A DNA stretch of 60,805 nt, filler included, from Sluysia triapertura (GCA_046118255.1; 4 parts of 4 records of this genome joined end to end with filler, not necessarily neighbours in it); one strand, 5' to 3'; numbered from the whole stretch's first letter, positions 37,540 through 50,179 are shown. Numbers and translations are program-made. The notes: a model not told the origin generated them from the sequence alone.

Positions 37540-38004
37540 TTAAAAATTAAAGCTGATTTCTTTTATTATTATTTTCATTAATTTACTCCTATTCAGTATT
37601 TCAACTTCATTTTTCATCAACAGACTTGTATTTGACAGGTTTGAACCTAGATTTAATTTCGTACCAGATTTTATTAAATACTTAACATTATCGTACCTGT
37701 GCCTGTAAATTGCTAGTGAAAATGTTTCAGCTGCTTTTATACATTTTACATCTAAGTAGTGAATATTTATGTTTATATTATTCATAAAAAGATAGAGATC
37801 TGAATTAAAATCTGTATCACTATTTATTTTATCAGAATATAAAGAATATTCCAGAGATGAAACATCTTGAGCAAAATTTAAGCTATTTCTTATTAAATTA
37901 AATGTGCAATCCGTATTTTTATTAATAGATACTTCTCGTCTATTTAATATTTGTTTTGCTACACATTTTCTTTTGCGATAAATTTCAATTAATTGGTTAG
38001 GTTT
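37540..38004 (-). pseudogene. 155-codon open frame with one ankyrin-repeat-like segment (exon or gene fragment)
   Basis: The frame is open for 73 codons upstream of ATG 37785. ETFSLAIYRHRYDNVKYLIKSGTKLN resembles the ankyrin consensus TPLHLA...G..EIVKLLL..GADVN. Confidence 0.3.
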
Positions 38005-38890
38005 TTAGCATACTTTGTCTATTCTTTTTTATCTCATCTTTCGTTTCTAAATACCTTATAATAACAGCTTGACTTTCTATTCGAGAAGTAACCTTATCTT
38101 CAAAAAAACACGATGAATTGAATTATAAAATGCCTTACTATTAACATGCTCTGAAAAACGAATATAATTATCCAGTTTTTATCTATAAATGTATTATAAA
38201 CATACATTAAACATTAAACTTTTGAAAGCTTCTTGAAGGAAAAATTTCTCTAACTACACAAGGTGACGGACTTATTTCTCAGATGGTTTCGTAGTAGGCT
38301 AATAATGTTTATAAAATATTTTTCTGTCATATTCCGTCATTAAAAAGTATTAGGTAATACTATCTAAGGAAAAGATACAATAATAATACGATTTTAATGC
38401 AGATATGGGAGGCGATATCAGCTATATCACCTGATACTAGCATGATTAGTTGCCACAGTTTATATATATTTATCATTCTGTTTTAGATGTTATCGTGTGT
38501 AAAAATGTAGCGAGATTGGAATGTATATGAAATATTTGTAATTAAATTTGTTGAGAATATATGAATAACTGGGACACCACAAGAAGAAATTTTGTTATTC
38601 AATAAAAGTGATATTCACGTGAAGCTAGTATTTATAGTAGTCAATAACCAATCACACTCAATTAGAATTCTAGAATTTTCCAGAAATTTCTTTTTCTTTT
38701 TTTGAATATTTATTTTCTTTTATGAAAACTCATGAATTTTAAGGGGTTGTGACGACAAACTAACAAAATTAATTCAATTTCACAACCACTTTTTAAAAAA
38801 AGTAATCTAATACGTCACCTCAATAATCCTTTCATTCAAATTAAATAATAATAATACGGAAAATATATTATCTACAATTGGAAAAACTTC

Positions 38891-40490
38891 GCCCGAAGGC
38901 AGTACATAAATAATTATTTTCATATAAAAATTAGAGAATGATCAATCAAAAGGATTAGAATGTAAAATCACATAAAAAAGTTAATAATCAATGTAAGTTT
39001 ATATTATTGTTTTTCTTTGCAGGGTCAGAAGCAGCAGCTGGAACTGGGGCAGGAACTGTAAGTAGAACCAGATTTGGGATTGGTTGTGGAATTGTAACTG
39101 TTGTTGGAACTGGATCCAGAGCAGCAGCACTGCGGTGTAGTTTTTGGTATCGTGAAAGAATGTGATTGTTATAGATGTGGTGTGACATCTTCACCATGCC
39201 AGAAGCGATACCAACCAAAAGTTCATTAATTGCCAGTTTACTGAATTTGAAATGTTTTAGAGTATCAATATTTTCGGGGTTCATTGCGCCAAGATAGGAA
39301 ATCTTATTTTAGATTGAACAATTTTACTAAGGTGTTGAGAAAAGTATTTTAAAGAGTTTTCCTTATGTATATCAGCATACGAATCAATTTTATTAAACGG
39401 TGTTTTGATATCGATAATGCAGAAACAGTCATTGAATTTAAAAGTAAATCAGGTCGTTGCCGTTTGATATCATCTGGAACATTAGAACGACTAGAGAAAA
39501 GATTGCATTCTACATCACAATCAACATCGATATCATTATCTCTAAGAAAGGTTGTAACAGTTCGAAGAGCAAGGTTATGCCGCATTGTAATCAGACTGGA
39601 ATTAAAAGGGAAATGATTAAGAAAATGGGGGGTCAGATTCATATTTGAAGAAGCATCGCCGACAGTTGGTAGGAATATTCATATTCAGATTCTTCCCTGA
39701 AAAGTTTAGGGCTAAAGTGTTGGTTCGTGTTTTAATCAGGAAAAGAAAGTATTATCAGAAATTTCAGAGTTCATAAGCATTCCGTTGTAAGTCGGGATTG
39801 CCCAAGGGATGTAGTCAAAATAGATTGGCATTTTAGGGATTGCCATCGGAAGAAGTGTGATAATCCAGTCAGTTGATGAAACTCTTGGGTGAGATTATCT
39901 TTTTCATCTTTAATAAAAGAGAAAAAAGTAGTTTGTAAAAAAATGTTAATAGAAAACTTTGTCATCAACGAAAGCAAATAAATCTTTGATATTATGTGTG
40001 GATTTAAGTGTTTTGAAGCAATCTCTAACAATTGCTCATAAGGTTGATTTGGACGGGTACAAATCAGGATCAGTAATGCCAGAGAGCCAACTAAGAGTAA
40101 TAATGATATCAGGATTCTTGAAGTATAACTTGGAATCCATTTTTAAGTAATCAAGAGAAAAACAACGAAGGATTTTGTCGGTTGAGGTAAAAATTCGCAA
40201 ATAGTGAACAGCAGTCCTCCTAAGTCAATAATAGTATAAAAGAAATTAATAGAAGTGGATTGATAATGAATTTCAAGAGCAGGTCGTAATAGGTTTCGAA
40301 AACTTCTATCATCTTCATCATCACCAGAACGCATGCGCGCTTTTCCCCGCTGAGTTCGCTAAACTTTGCATATTCAGAATCGGTAGGGAAAACGAGATAG
40401 AATGAAAATTTTAATTGAACGGATTTTCTGAATAGGATGGAGGCGAGAGTAATCTGAAAGGGCAGTTCGAAGCATGGATTCTATTGATAA
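38891..40490 (-). mobile_element. 5'-truncated, decayed non-LTR retrotransposon with restriction-like endonuclease (R2/NeSL/Utopia-type)
   Basis: Motifs appear in order across frameshifts: RT thumb SRLHPIQKIRSIKIFI and FFYTIIDLGGL; knuckle CRRCFFKYES..HFLNH; TMRHN; RLE core RPDLL..IIDIKTPF..KY; ISYLGAMNPEN..L; SHHIYNNHI. Stop at 38988. A GCC-TTCG-GGC hairpin lies in the putative 3' UTR (38891-38900). Confidence 0.85.
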
Positions 40491-40833
40491 TTGCTTTTCT
40501 AAATAAGTTTTAAAAATTAATCCATCATTTCTTCTTCGATAAAAGCCTGATATTCACATGTGAAGATAACTAAAAACAATTAAACGCATAATAACAATTG
40601 TAAATATTGTAAATTATGTTTAAATTATGTAAGTAAATTAAAAATTATTTAAATTAAAAGTTAATTTGTAAAATTATGAAAATATAGAAAATATTAATTT
40701 TATTAAAAATTTTAGTACAAAATTTTAATTAGTAATTTATTTCATTTAATTAATAATTTAGTTATTTATGTCAGAACAGTTAATCATTTCCGAATTATTT
40801 ATGTATATGAAAAATCAGTCACTTATTCACAAT

Positions 40834-40967
40834 ATTTATTTAAAAACGGAAATTATTTATTTATAACGAAAATTCGAAATTTATAAAAATTATTTATTTA
40901 AAAAGCGGAAATTATTTATTGATGACAAAAAATTAGAAATTCATAAAATTATTTATTTAAAAAAGGA
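40834..40967. repeat. ~59-bp tandem repeat (about 2.3 copies)
   Basis: ATTTATTTAAAAA(G)CGGAAATTATTTATT..GAAATT(T/C)ATAAAA is repeated head-to-tail. Confidence 0.7.
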
Positions 40968-43900
40968 TGTTCGAAGACATGTAAATAGACTCGACTTCAA
41001 CGTAGACCGCATAATAATTGTCGGAGAATTATTTGAAAAATTTTTTATATTTTGGTTGTGAAGAAAATTATCAGTGTTACCAGAAAATCAAGATCGTCAA
41101 TTTTTGGTGTTTAACTTGGAAGATATTACCAGTTTAATAAAACGAATATTGGAATCGTCGTGGACTAAACTTTTATCTGGATATCTCTCATTATATGTCA
41201 ATGAATAAGTATGCTATTTAGTTTTAAGTTTTGGCATTACTATTTTTCCCTTAAAATCAACGAAAAATCATTTTTAAATTTTCAACACTCAAGCATTAGC
41301 CTGAGTTAAACTCTAATTTAAACTTTAATAATTATTAATTAAGGATTAATCCTAAGTTTCACACTTCTATAAATATAAATTTGTATTTGATCATTTTCTT
41401 TGTTAACTTAGAATAGATACCTTGTTTTCATACGTGATTTTATTACAAGGGAATTTATTAAAAAGAGAAAAGAAATATAAGTTAAAAGATCTTCCAAAAG
41501 TTACAGAATAAAGAATACTAAGTTAAAATTATAAAGCAATAAAAGGAAAAGTTCGATCAAAAATAATTATCGAAGAATTAATTTATTCTTAAGTAATTAA
41601 TAGGTGTTAGGATTAATTCATTTCTAGTGATTAATTGTTGATAGAATTAATTGATTAATTGTTCCATAAAATTAAGTGATCGGATAAGTTAGATTAAAAG
41701 AAAACATTGACCCTCATTATTGAGATAATTAAATTGATGCAAGATTTAAGGAATCTTTTTCGTAGTTTTTGACATTTGACATCCTGTGAATACGTCTTCA
41801 TGGGATATAAATCGTATATTGCAGGCGGACCCAGAAAATTTAATAATCTCATAATTTTTGCAGACTTAAAAAAGCTGAACACAAATCAATAATCAGAAAA
41901 ACCTTTTCCATTAAAAGTATTTTTCACGTCCGATAATTTCTTACTTTTACTAACATTGTCAATCATTTCGGTGATTGTTCGAGATAATCGTGAACTTCAA
42001 ATATCCAAGATTCTCTATTAATTCATTGGCTACATATTCCTTTTTCATCAATAAACTTTCGAAATAAGAAAAACAAAAAGATCGATAAAACAATTTCCAT
42101 AACCTATTAACCACTTATATTTCTTTTTTAATACTTTTAGTTTATTGAGATATGCTTCATTAACTTCAAAATCTTTCTTTATTGTTTTGTGTTTCCTTAA
42201 TTTCATTTAGAATTCTTTTGCTGTCGTTTTATCATTACTAATTATGCAAAAATAAATATGTTGCTAGGGTTCGCCTACGATGTAAGCCTGACGCGACGCA
42301 TCCGTAGGTTTCATAAAATTCAATTAACATTGCGAAGGTCTATAAAGATTTCAATTGTCTTACTTCTCTTAATTAAAATAAAATCTTATTCGTATTATTT
42401 AATAAAATCCTTTAAAAGTTATTCAACAATTTTTAGTCAATTTATTTCAATTCTCTCTCTAACTAATCGGTGTTTTAGACGTGATACAATGTAAACAGAT
42501 CGCTTACTTTAAATTTTAATATTTAAGTAATACTTAGTGACAATCAATACAAAATGATTTTATGTAGCTTCTGACTTTCAAATTTATAAACTGATGACTT
42601 GACGTTATAAGATAAATGATTTAATTCGTTTAATATTTTATACTCATTAATTTTACTGTTAACTAGATACACACTTTTTATTGATTGACAAAAACTTTAA
42701 TTAATGTAACAATTTCCTTTTTATTTTAAAGATAAATTAAGTATTTATTTACTTTATTTACTTTTACGAATTACTTTTTTAAAATTAAATTAACTTTAAT
42801 TATCTTAACATACTTGTATTTCAAAAATATATCAACTTTAATTATCCTTACAAACTTTTATGTTTTAATTATTTTTGAAAAGCAACTTATATTATATCAA
42901 ACAGGACTAAATAATGAACAATGTACAACATTTCTTCCGTTCCGGTACCGTACTTTCACTCAAGTTTCACAATAATATAATAAATATAATATTATTATTA
43001 TGCAAGATTTTTTACTGTGTTTGATTTATAATTTGAGTCCCCTATATCCTAAATTTATTCTAGTCCGTAGATATCAGAAAAAGTAATTTATAAATTAGTG
43101 GAAGGTTAACAAGTTCATAGTTGATGCTTCAGTACCATTATTAAGTATTTATTTTAGACTCGTTTGTAATTGATTAAATAGGTTTGAGTATATGTGGTTT
43201 CTAAAAATTCAAAACTAATAATTGATATGTTTAAGTGAGAACGAAAATTTATTAAATAAATACTGTGATAATTTTAAAAGATCCTACGCAAAATTAAGCG
43301 CAAAAAAATGTAATAATAAAAAAATAAAATTAAACTTAAGGATTTTCTCATAAATTTAAAAATAAAATTGAGCCAGGAGTTGTAAGCCTAAGTTTAACAA
43401 AGTCGTACCCTAATAAGAATTAACTTATGAATGCATGAATATTCTCATGAAATGGTTCTAAGATGACGCTCGAAAAATAATAATAATTGACAACGATTTC
43501 TGCCAGTTAAATATTAATTACACAAGGATTACTTGTTAATGAACGAGAATGATATTGAAGTACCATGAGCGAAACAACTGAATAAATTTTTTGATAGAAC
43601 TCATTTGAACCTTAAAGATTTGCTTGTGTGAAAAGATTCTACAGCGATTGCAAATGTGGGAAAAAATCATGAAGGGTTAATATTTATATTGTCCAGTTTT
43701 ATTGCTCATAAAAATATTATAAAATATTTTGTTATGTATTAATTATTTTTTACGTCAAATACAATTATAAAATAAATATGAATAAAGAACATTTAAAAAA
43801 TTTCCGCATTTATTTTTATTAATTTCTGTGTTTTCTCTTAAAACTCAACAATTATGGTTAAAAACTGTGACATGATTACAAGTAATTATCAATATGATAC

Positions 43901-46548
43901 GTAAAAAGGGTCCTTAAACAAATGCAAAATGTAACTTATTTCTATAATAACTTTAGAGTTTACGTCTTTATTCAGTTTAAAATTAACTTAAGAATAACTT
44001 TCTTAGTTCTTACAGAATTCAACTGTTAATTGAATTTCTCATTTGCTAACTTAACAAATCTGTACAATATCATCTTTAAACGTTTAGATTAATAACAAAG
44101 AAATAAACACAAATTACGTTTTATAGCTCGACACTTGTAAAAAATATATTTTTGGGTACATCATAACAAATAAATTGATCGATATGATAATGTCTTCTCT
44201 GAAAAATGAAAAATTCTCCTTATTATATTTATCTTTCGAATTCCAATTTGATCAATTCCACTAATAGTTATTCGTACCAAATATAATAGTATATATCCGA
44301 GAATAGAAACTCGCATAAAATGTACATACAAATTGTGTTGAATCTATCTTTTGAACGTTTTATTTGTACGTTTCTTAGTCTTCTTAGTAATGATCATAAA
44401 TAATAAAATTATTTTATTTTATTTTCACGATGTTCACAAAACCATATTTTACTTCCATAAAAATGTTATAATTTTTAATAAATAATGAATTTGAAAGTAA
44501 AAACGACATAAAATACATTTTTTGGTTAGATAATGAAATGATCATTAATAAAATATTTTCGGTTAGGTTATAAAATGATCATAAACTATTTACTTAAAAA
44601 ATAAATATTTGTAAAACTTAAAGACTAATGTTATTTAATACTACAGAAACATCAAAAATGTTGAAATATTTTCAAATTATTTGAACTAATTAAAATATTT
44701 ATATAGACTAATTTTCTTTTTACATTTATTTACAACTAAACTAAGTTTTCTTACAATTATTATATTTACAAATTAAAATTTCTAAATATTTACAGCTTTA
44801 AAATAATTTAAGGTAGAGTTAAAAATTATTTACAATTTCTAAATAATATATATTTCTAATTAATTTACAACTAAAAATACTTTTATTTTTTTAACGTCTT
44901 TTAAATTTATACCTTTTAAGGTGTACTAAAGTATACAGTGCACGATGTATGATTATTTAATGATTTCTAAACATATGATGGAAAACTATATTTACTGAAT
45001 TATGTTGAAATATGCTTTAATATTGTGGACTCATAAATTGTTCGAGTTTGTAGTTGGTTCGTAGGATTAGTTCGTCAGATGAATCGGATATTGTAAAGTC
45101 CGAATTTTCTTTGAATTGTGAATCTGAGGTTAATTTTTGGATTATGTTGCAATCTTGCTTTAATGTTTTATTCTTGTGAATTGTTTGAGTTCATAGGTTA
45201 TTTTTAGGATGACTTTGTATAGTGTACCGTTATTGGTGAATTGTTTAAAATTAAGATGTTTTCTTGAATGAAGCCGCAGATTTCTTGATTGTAATGATTG
45301 TGATGTATGAGTGCAGATTTATTATGTGCTGATTTTGTAATGAAATCATAAATCATGAATTAAGCCATCACGACATAGATTGCTATTAATAAACGTAAAT
45401 GAAACATCACAGCAAGAATATCTTAGTTAAGACTTAAGTAAATTGTACCAAATTATGATGCATTAATATAATTACAAATGATACAATCAAGTTGAACCTA
45501 AATCAATTTAAGGGTTCAAAGATTACAGTGACTTTAATATTAAAGTATGCAAACAATATAAATTTTAATAACATTAGTTTATGCAAAATAATTCAAGATA
45601 TTTGAATCGATTCTAACCATTTAGTAAATTTTGTTATTCATTGTACATTTGCTTTTGCTCTATTTTCTATAAAATGATTTTTCATTTCCTTTCGAGAAAG
45701 AGTATTCGTTTTCACCATTGTTGCAATCAGTTTATTTCACATTATAAATTCAAATTGTACAAGAACCATAACTTTATCCATCACAATATTAATGCTCTTC
45801 AATTAATATTAACAAAAAAGTTGAATTGATAGAATTAGTCTCTACAAAAACACATTTTCGTCCCAAACATTTATAGTCACAAAAATGAAGTAATAAATTA
45901 CAACTTACCAACTGATCTTTTACCGAGTTAACTTTACTTGTTGAGTGCAGTACCAAACTTTCGAAGTCAGTGTTCTGCTGAACTAACAAGGTTGAAATAA
46001 TTAAATAACTAATCATTAAATTCATAGAAATATCGTTTGGTTACACAAATGTATGTACAAATATTTTGCATAAATAATAAACCTTATGAGTAATAATTTA
46101 TTTGTAAACAAAAAATGTAATATAAAATTAACTATAAATAATATTAATATTACAATCAAAAACAGAAGTGTAATGTGAAGTTCAGTAATTCATTACTTCT
46201 CAAATTTAATCAATTATAAATAAAATATAAAACCATACATACAATATAAATATTTAAAATATTAATTGCACAATAATAAAATAAGTATCATGCATTGGAA
46301 AAAAATAAAATAAAATAAAACATTAGAAATGAATAAAAGCAAATATTTTATTTTTTGCAAATAAACAATTTAATGATATTATCAATAAATAATAAAATTA
46401 AATTACAAAATAATTGAATATTGATGACGATAATTTTAAATATTTGTATTTTTACAGATCCAGAAATGACTATATCGACTCAAAAGCGATAACCGAATTT
46501 TACATGTGACAATAGTACTATAAAAATAGTGTTTGCATATGAATTCAA

Positions 46549-47640
46549 TTAGATGGGTTGAGAATAATCGTTGTACGGATAGTTGATTATATTTCTTAAA
46601 TGGATAATTGACAGAATCATTCCCAATATCAACAAACAACCACATATAATTAATACTATAAGAGTTGCTGATGATTTATTCCATAGTTTATCTACAATAG
46701 CATTGAAACAACCTTGTTTATATATTGTACTTTCAACGGCATCTTTGCATTGGTTCGGATTTACAGGTTTACCATCTTCTTTTATGCAGCAAGACAGTGG
46801 AACTTTATCTGGTTTATTATTTTTATACCATAATGTATTTTGGTATGAACGGAAAGCAGAATTATCTTGATCTTTAAACGTACTAATTTCATCAACATTT
46901 TTATTGATTTTATTATTAATATCATCAAAATTATTTTCTTCATAATTTTGATTTACCTTTTTCATAGCTATCTTGCCTCTCAGATCTTTTTCTTTTATAT
47001 TTTGTTGCTGCTGTTCATCATCAACAACATATTTTTGTTCTTTATTTTCTTCTTCTTCTTCAACTGCTTCTGAACTTGGAATTAACTCTAGATCTAGAAA
47101 AGTTGTACAAATGTAGTCAGATATTTGATTGCTACTTTTTGTTTGATCTGCGTACTGACTCAATTCTTTATTTAGAATCTTCTTGAATTTACTAGAGGCC
47201 ATGTCACTGACAGATCTATGAGTCTGAATACTTTCAAGTTGTTCTAAGCACCACTCTAGCTCGTCCAATGTTTCTACCGTTAGTGTTCTTTGATTATCAT
47301 CTAAATCGATTTTTGATTCATCTAGCTTTACCGAATATCCTGATGGATTTAGCACACCAAATCTAGCATCTTTTGTACTTTGGACATTGGTAATAAAGAT
47401 AAAATTAGCACGTACATTTCTCAGACTAGCCAATATCTGCACAAACGGTGTTACAATTAAGTCCTCAGTGTGTATAGGAGCTACAGTGCTTGTTGCTATA
47501 TCATCAGACACAATTAAGGCATGTCTGGAATTTCGTGGTGAAGGACTATGATCATGTTCCAGATACCGGTACAGAAACGACTCTCGACGTTGTGGAATAT
47601 GATGAAGAACGAGTCCTGTTGATGGATTGTCTGGAATTTG
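46549..47640 (-). CDS. Chimeric ORF (5'-partial, 363 aa): PDE4/dunce UCR1+UCR2 fused to tetraspanin EC2 distal half + TM4; no PDE catalytic domain
   Basis: One stop-free frame from the contig end. It encodes GLVLHHIPQRRESFLYR..HTEDLIVTPFVQILASLRNVRANF (UCR1), then ETLDELEWCLEQLESIQTHRSVSDMASSKFKKILNKEL..NQISDYICTTFLD (UCR2), an E/Q/N-rich linker, and WYKNNKPDKVPLSCC..C..IYKQGCFNAI..LIVLIICGCLLILGMILSII (tetraspanin PxSCC, GC, TM4) before the stop. Confidence 0.8.
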   Translation of the reverse strand, partial: QIPDNPSTGLVLHHIPQRRESFLYRYLEHDHSPSPRNSRHALIVSDDIATSTVAPIHTEDLIVTPFVQILASLRNVRANFIFITNVQSTKDARFGVLNPSGYSVKLDESKIDLDDNQRTLTVETLDELEWCLEQLESIQTHRSVSDMASSKFKKILNKELSQYADQTKSSNQISDYICTTFLDLELIPSSEAVEEEEENKEQKYVVDDEQQQQNIKEKDLRGKIAMKKVNQNYEENNFDDINNKINKNVDEISTFKDQDNSAFRSYQNTLWYKNNKPDKVPLSCCIKEDGKPVNPNQCKDAVESTIYKQGCFNAIVDKLWNKSSATLIVLIICGCLLILGMILSIIHLRNIINYPYNDYSQPI

Positions 47641-47740
47641 NNNNNNNNNNNNNNNNNNNNNNNNNNNNNNNNNNNNNNNNNNNNTTAATTAATTAANNNN
47701 NNNNNNNNNNNNNNNNNNNNNNNNNNNNNNNNNNNNNNNN
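47641..47740. other. Artificial contig spacer (N44-TTAATTAATTAA-N44)
   Basis: Same 100-bp block as at 17135. Confidence 0.97.
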
Positions 47741-47915
47741 TTATGAACTTTTTGCTACCAATATTTTGTAATCTATCTCTGCCTACTAATTGTTATTGTG
47801 TTCTTTTTGCCTAATCATGATGACGCTACCAATAATATTAATGTATTTTTGCTGCCAGTAATCATTAGTTGTCAACGGTAGTTGTGTATCAAAATTTCTG
47901 ACATTAAAACTACTG

Positions 47916-47979
47916 ATTGGCTATCCAACCAGAAGCATATAAAAGTAATAGAGAAATTCATTCTGGTTGGATAGCTAAT
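47916..47979. repeat. 64-nt hairpin: 19-bp inverted repeat with a 26-nt loop containing TATAAAAG
   Basis: ATTGGCTATCCAACCAGAA (47916-47934) pairs with TTCTGGTTGGATAGCTAAT (47961-47979): 18 Watson-Crick pairs plus one G:U on the + strand. Confidence 0.8.
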
Positions 47980-48682
47980 AAATGAATAAGATTATAATGA
48001 TGAGAGAACCACTGTCAGTGGTGACGTTAATTAGAATTGTAGTTTAATGAATTAGCCATTGACAGTAGTAGTTACTGAATAATTATCGTTATTTAAAAAT
48101 AAAATTAAAACGATGATAACAATAATATCGAAGTGTTATTATTGTTATTATTAATCGATAAACACAAATTCTTCTTATTTACACGATCTTTCTTGTAACT
48201 CTTTATCTTCTGAACATATTAAAATCTTAAAACTCAATACAATTATTTTAGGATGTAAAATGAAATAAAAAATGTTTTAAATGAATATAGGTTATAGTCT
48301 GGCTTTTAATATGTTCAAAAGGTGATTATACACTGTTGAGAATGTGGTTTAAATCGAATTGTTAAGGATGAAAATTAAATATTTTAATGTGATTTAATGG
48401 TTTAAGATGTTATTGTGGTTTGGATGTTATGGGGTTATGTGTTTAATTGCTTTTAACAGGTGAGGTTGTTTTTAATGGATGTAAAAGAGATAGTTATGGA
48501 AGTGTTCAAATGTTTATAAGTATGGCTTTATGTACAGTATGCTGGTTTAATTTTTAATGTGGTTGAAATTGAATTGTTGAGATGAAAGATGAATTATTTT
48601 GGGTGAATTTTTGGAAATGTGAAATACATTTAAATAAATTTTTAATAAAGTTTATTAAGATAATGGGTTGGCCACCACAACT
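47950..48682. repeat. Diverged dispersed repeat, family A copy 1 (direct copy at 53976-55144)
   Basis: Shared colinear blocks include TTCTGAACATATT, TGTGGTTGAAAT(T/C)GAATTGTT..GAGATGAAAGAT and TTTTTAATAAA..GTTGGCC(A/G)CC(A/G)CA. Confidence 0.7.
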
Positions 48683-50179
48683 ATGATATAGTTTTTCGCT
48701 TCGATTTAAATTTTATTTTATAAACGTTATTTTTAATTATAAATTTGATTCTTTTGCCTTTGGGGCTCTGCATCCAATCAATATTAATTCAATAAGAATA
48801 ACATTCAGTAATATTTATTTAAAATAATAAAAATTTTACTAAATGATTTTGTACAAAAATATTTAACCATAACGATTCCAAATTAAATATTTATCAATAA
48901 ATGTATCTTTGCACAAGAAAAATTAGATATATGAATTTTTCAAATTTATATAAATATTATAAAATTAAATTTACAGTTATGTTATTCAGACAGTATAAAT
49001 ATTTAGTAGTATTTACCTTCAAAATCATTAAATGTTCGTCCAACAGTTTTCGAGTTTCTTTAGATTCTTCGAGATATTATTCAATTGTTGAGATTAATTT
49101 CAGAAGATTCCAGATTAATTAATTTACCAATAATTGTAATCCCCTTTAAAAGTTCTTTTTATATAAATGGATTCACTTTTATTGTAGGTTGTAGTGATTT
49201 TTGAACGGTATATATACTGTTTCTTTTTTATTACTTAAAATTTAATTTTGTCTTAATAATAGTAATAAGAATTACATATATTAAGTTCACTAATAATAAT
49301 TGTTATAGTAATGATATTAACAATATTTTCCAGACAGTAATGAAATAAGTAATATCTTTTGGATAGTAATAGTACTAAATTTTATGTAATATTTTATGTA
49401 ATAATATTTTCGGATAATAAAACTAATAATAAGTAATAATAATAGATAATAGTACTAAATTTTTATGTCTGAATAATTTTATTTTAATATTTTTCTCGAT
49501 TATAATACTTTTAAATTATCAATTATTTATTTAATTAAATTATCCTTGCTGTCGGATCATGCCTCAATCAATTTCGTGTATTCAGATTCTATAATTATAT
49601 TATTCTATTGAGACTTTACTTTAGATTGCGATATTTCGAAAGAAACTTTTATTTTCTATACTTTATTTAAAATACTTCAATTTTATTCTATAATCATATT
49701 TTCAACCCTTTCTCTAAGAAAAATGCAATAAGACTACTATTGTTTTATTAAAGAGAAAATCAAATAAAATAGTTATAATATACTTTAATTATATTATAAT
49801 ATTAAAATATAACAAAAATATTTTAATGAAGACTTATCTCGATTTAATGCTCGAATCAATTGTTCACGATTGTTTTGTCTTCGGAATCGTTTAATGATGC
49901 TACAAGAATAATCCCCCATATACTTTCGATTAGAAATTCTTCTATATATACTTTAAATTCAACAAAACTTCTAAAAGTTCTTATTTTATTTTTAAAATAA
50001 GTTAACCTAATCAAAATATTAACGAATGTAAACTTTAAAACCATTAAAAACTTCGTTTACAAATAAATTGAACATCCAATAAAATTTTTATTTAAAAATG
50101 TTATCAGAATGAGCATGACAAATTTAAATATACTATAGTTATGACGTAAGGTTCATCTAAAATTTCTAATAGAAGCTTG

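Noticed and set aside
45789-46025. Small secreted protein gene with a signal-like N-terminus and a GTAAGT..TTGTAG intron
   Set aside because: The spliced frame hits a stop within about ten codons and no homology is recognisable.
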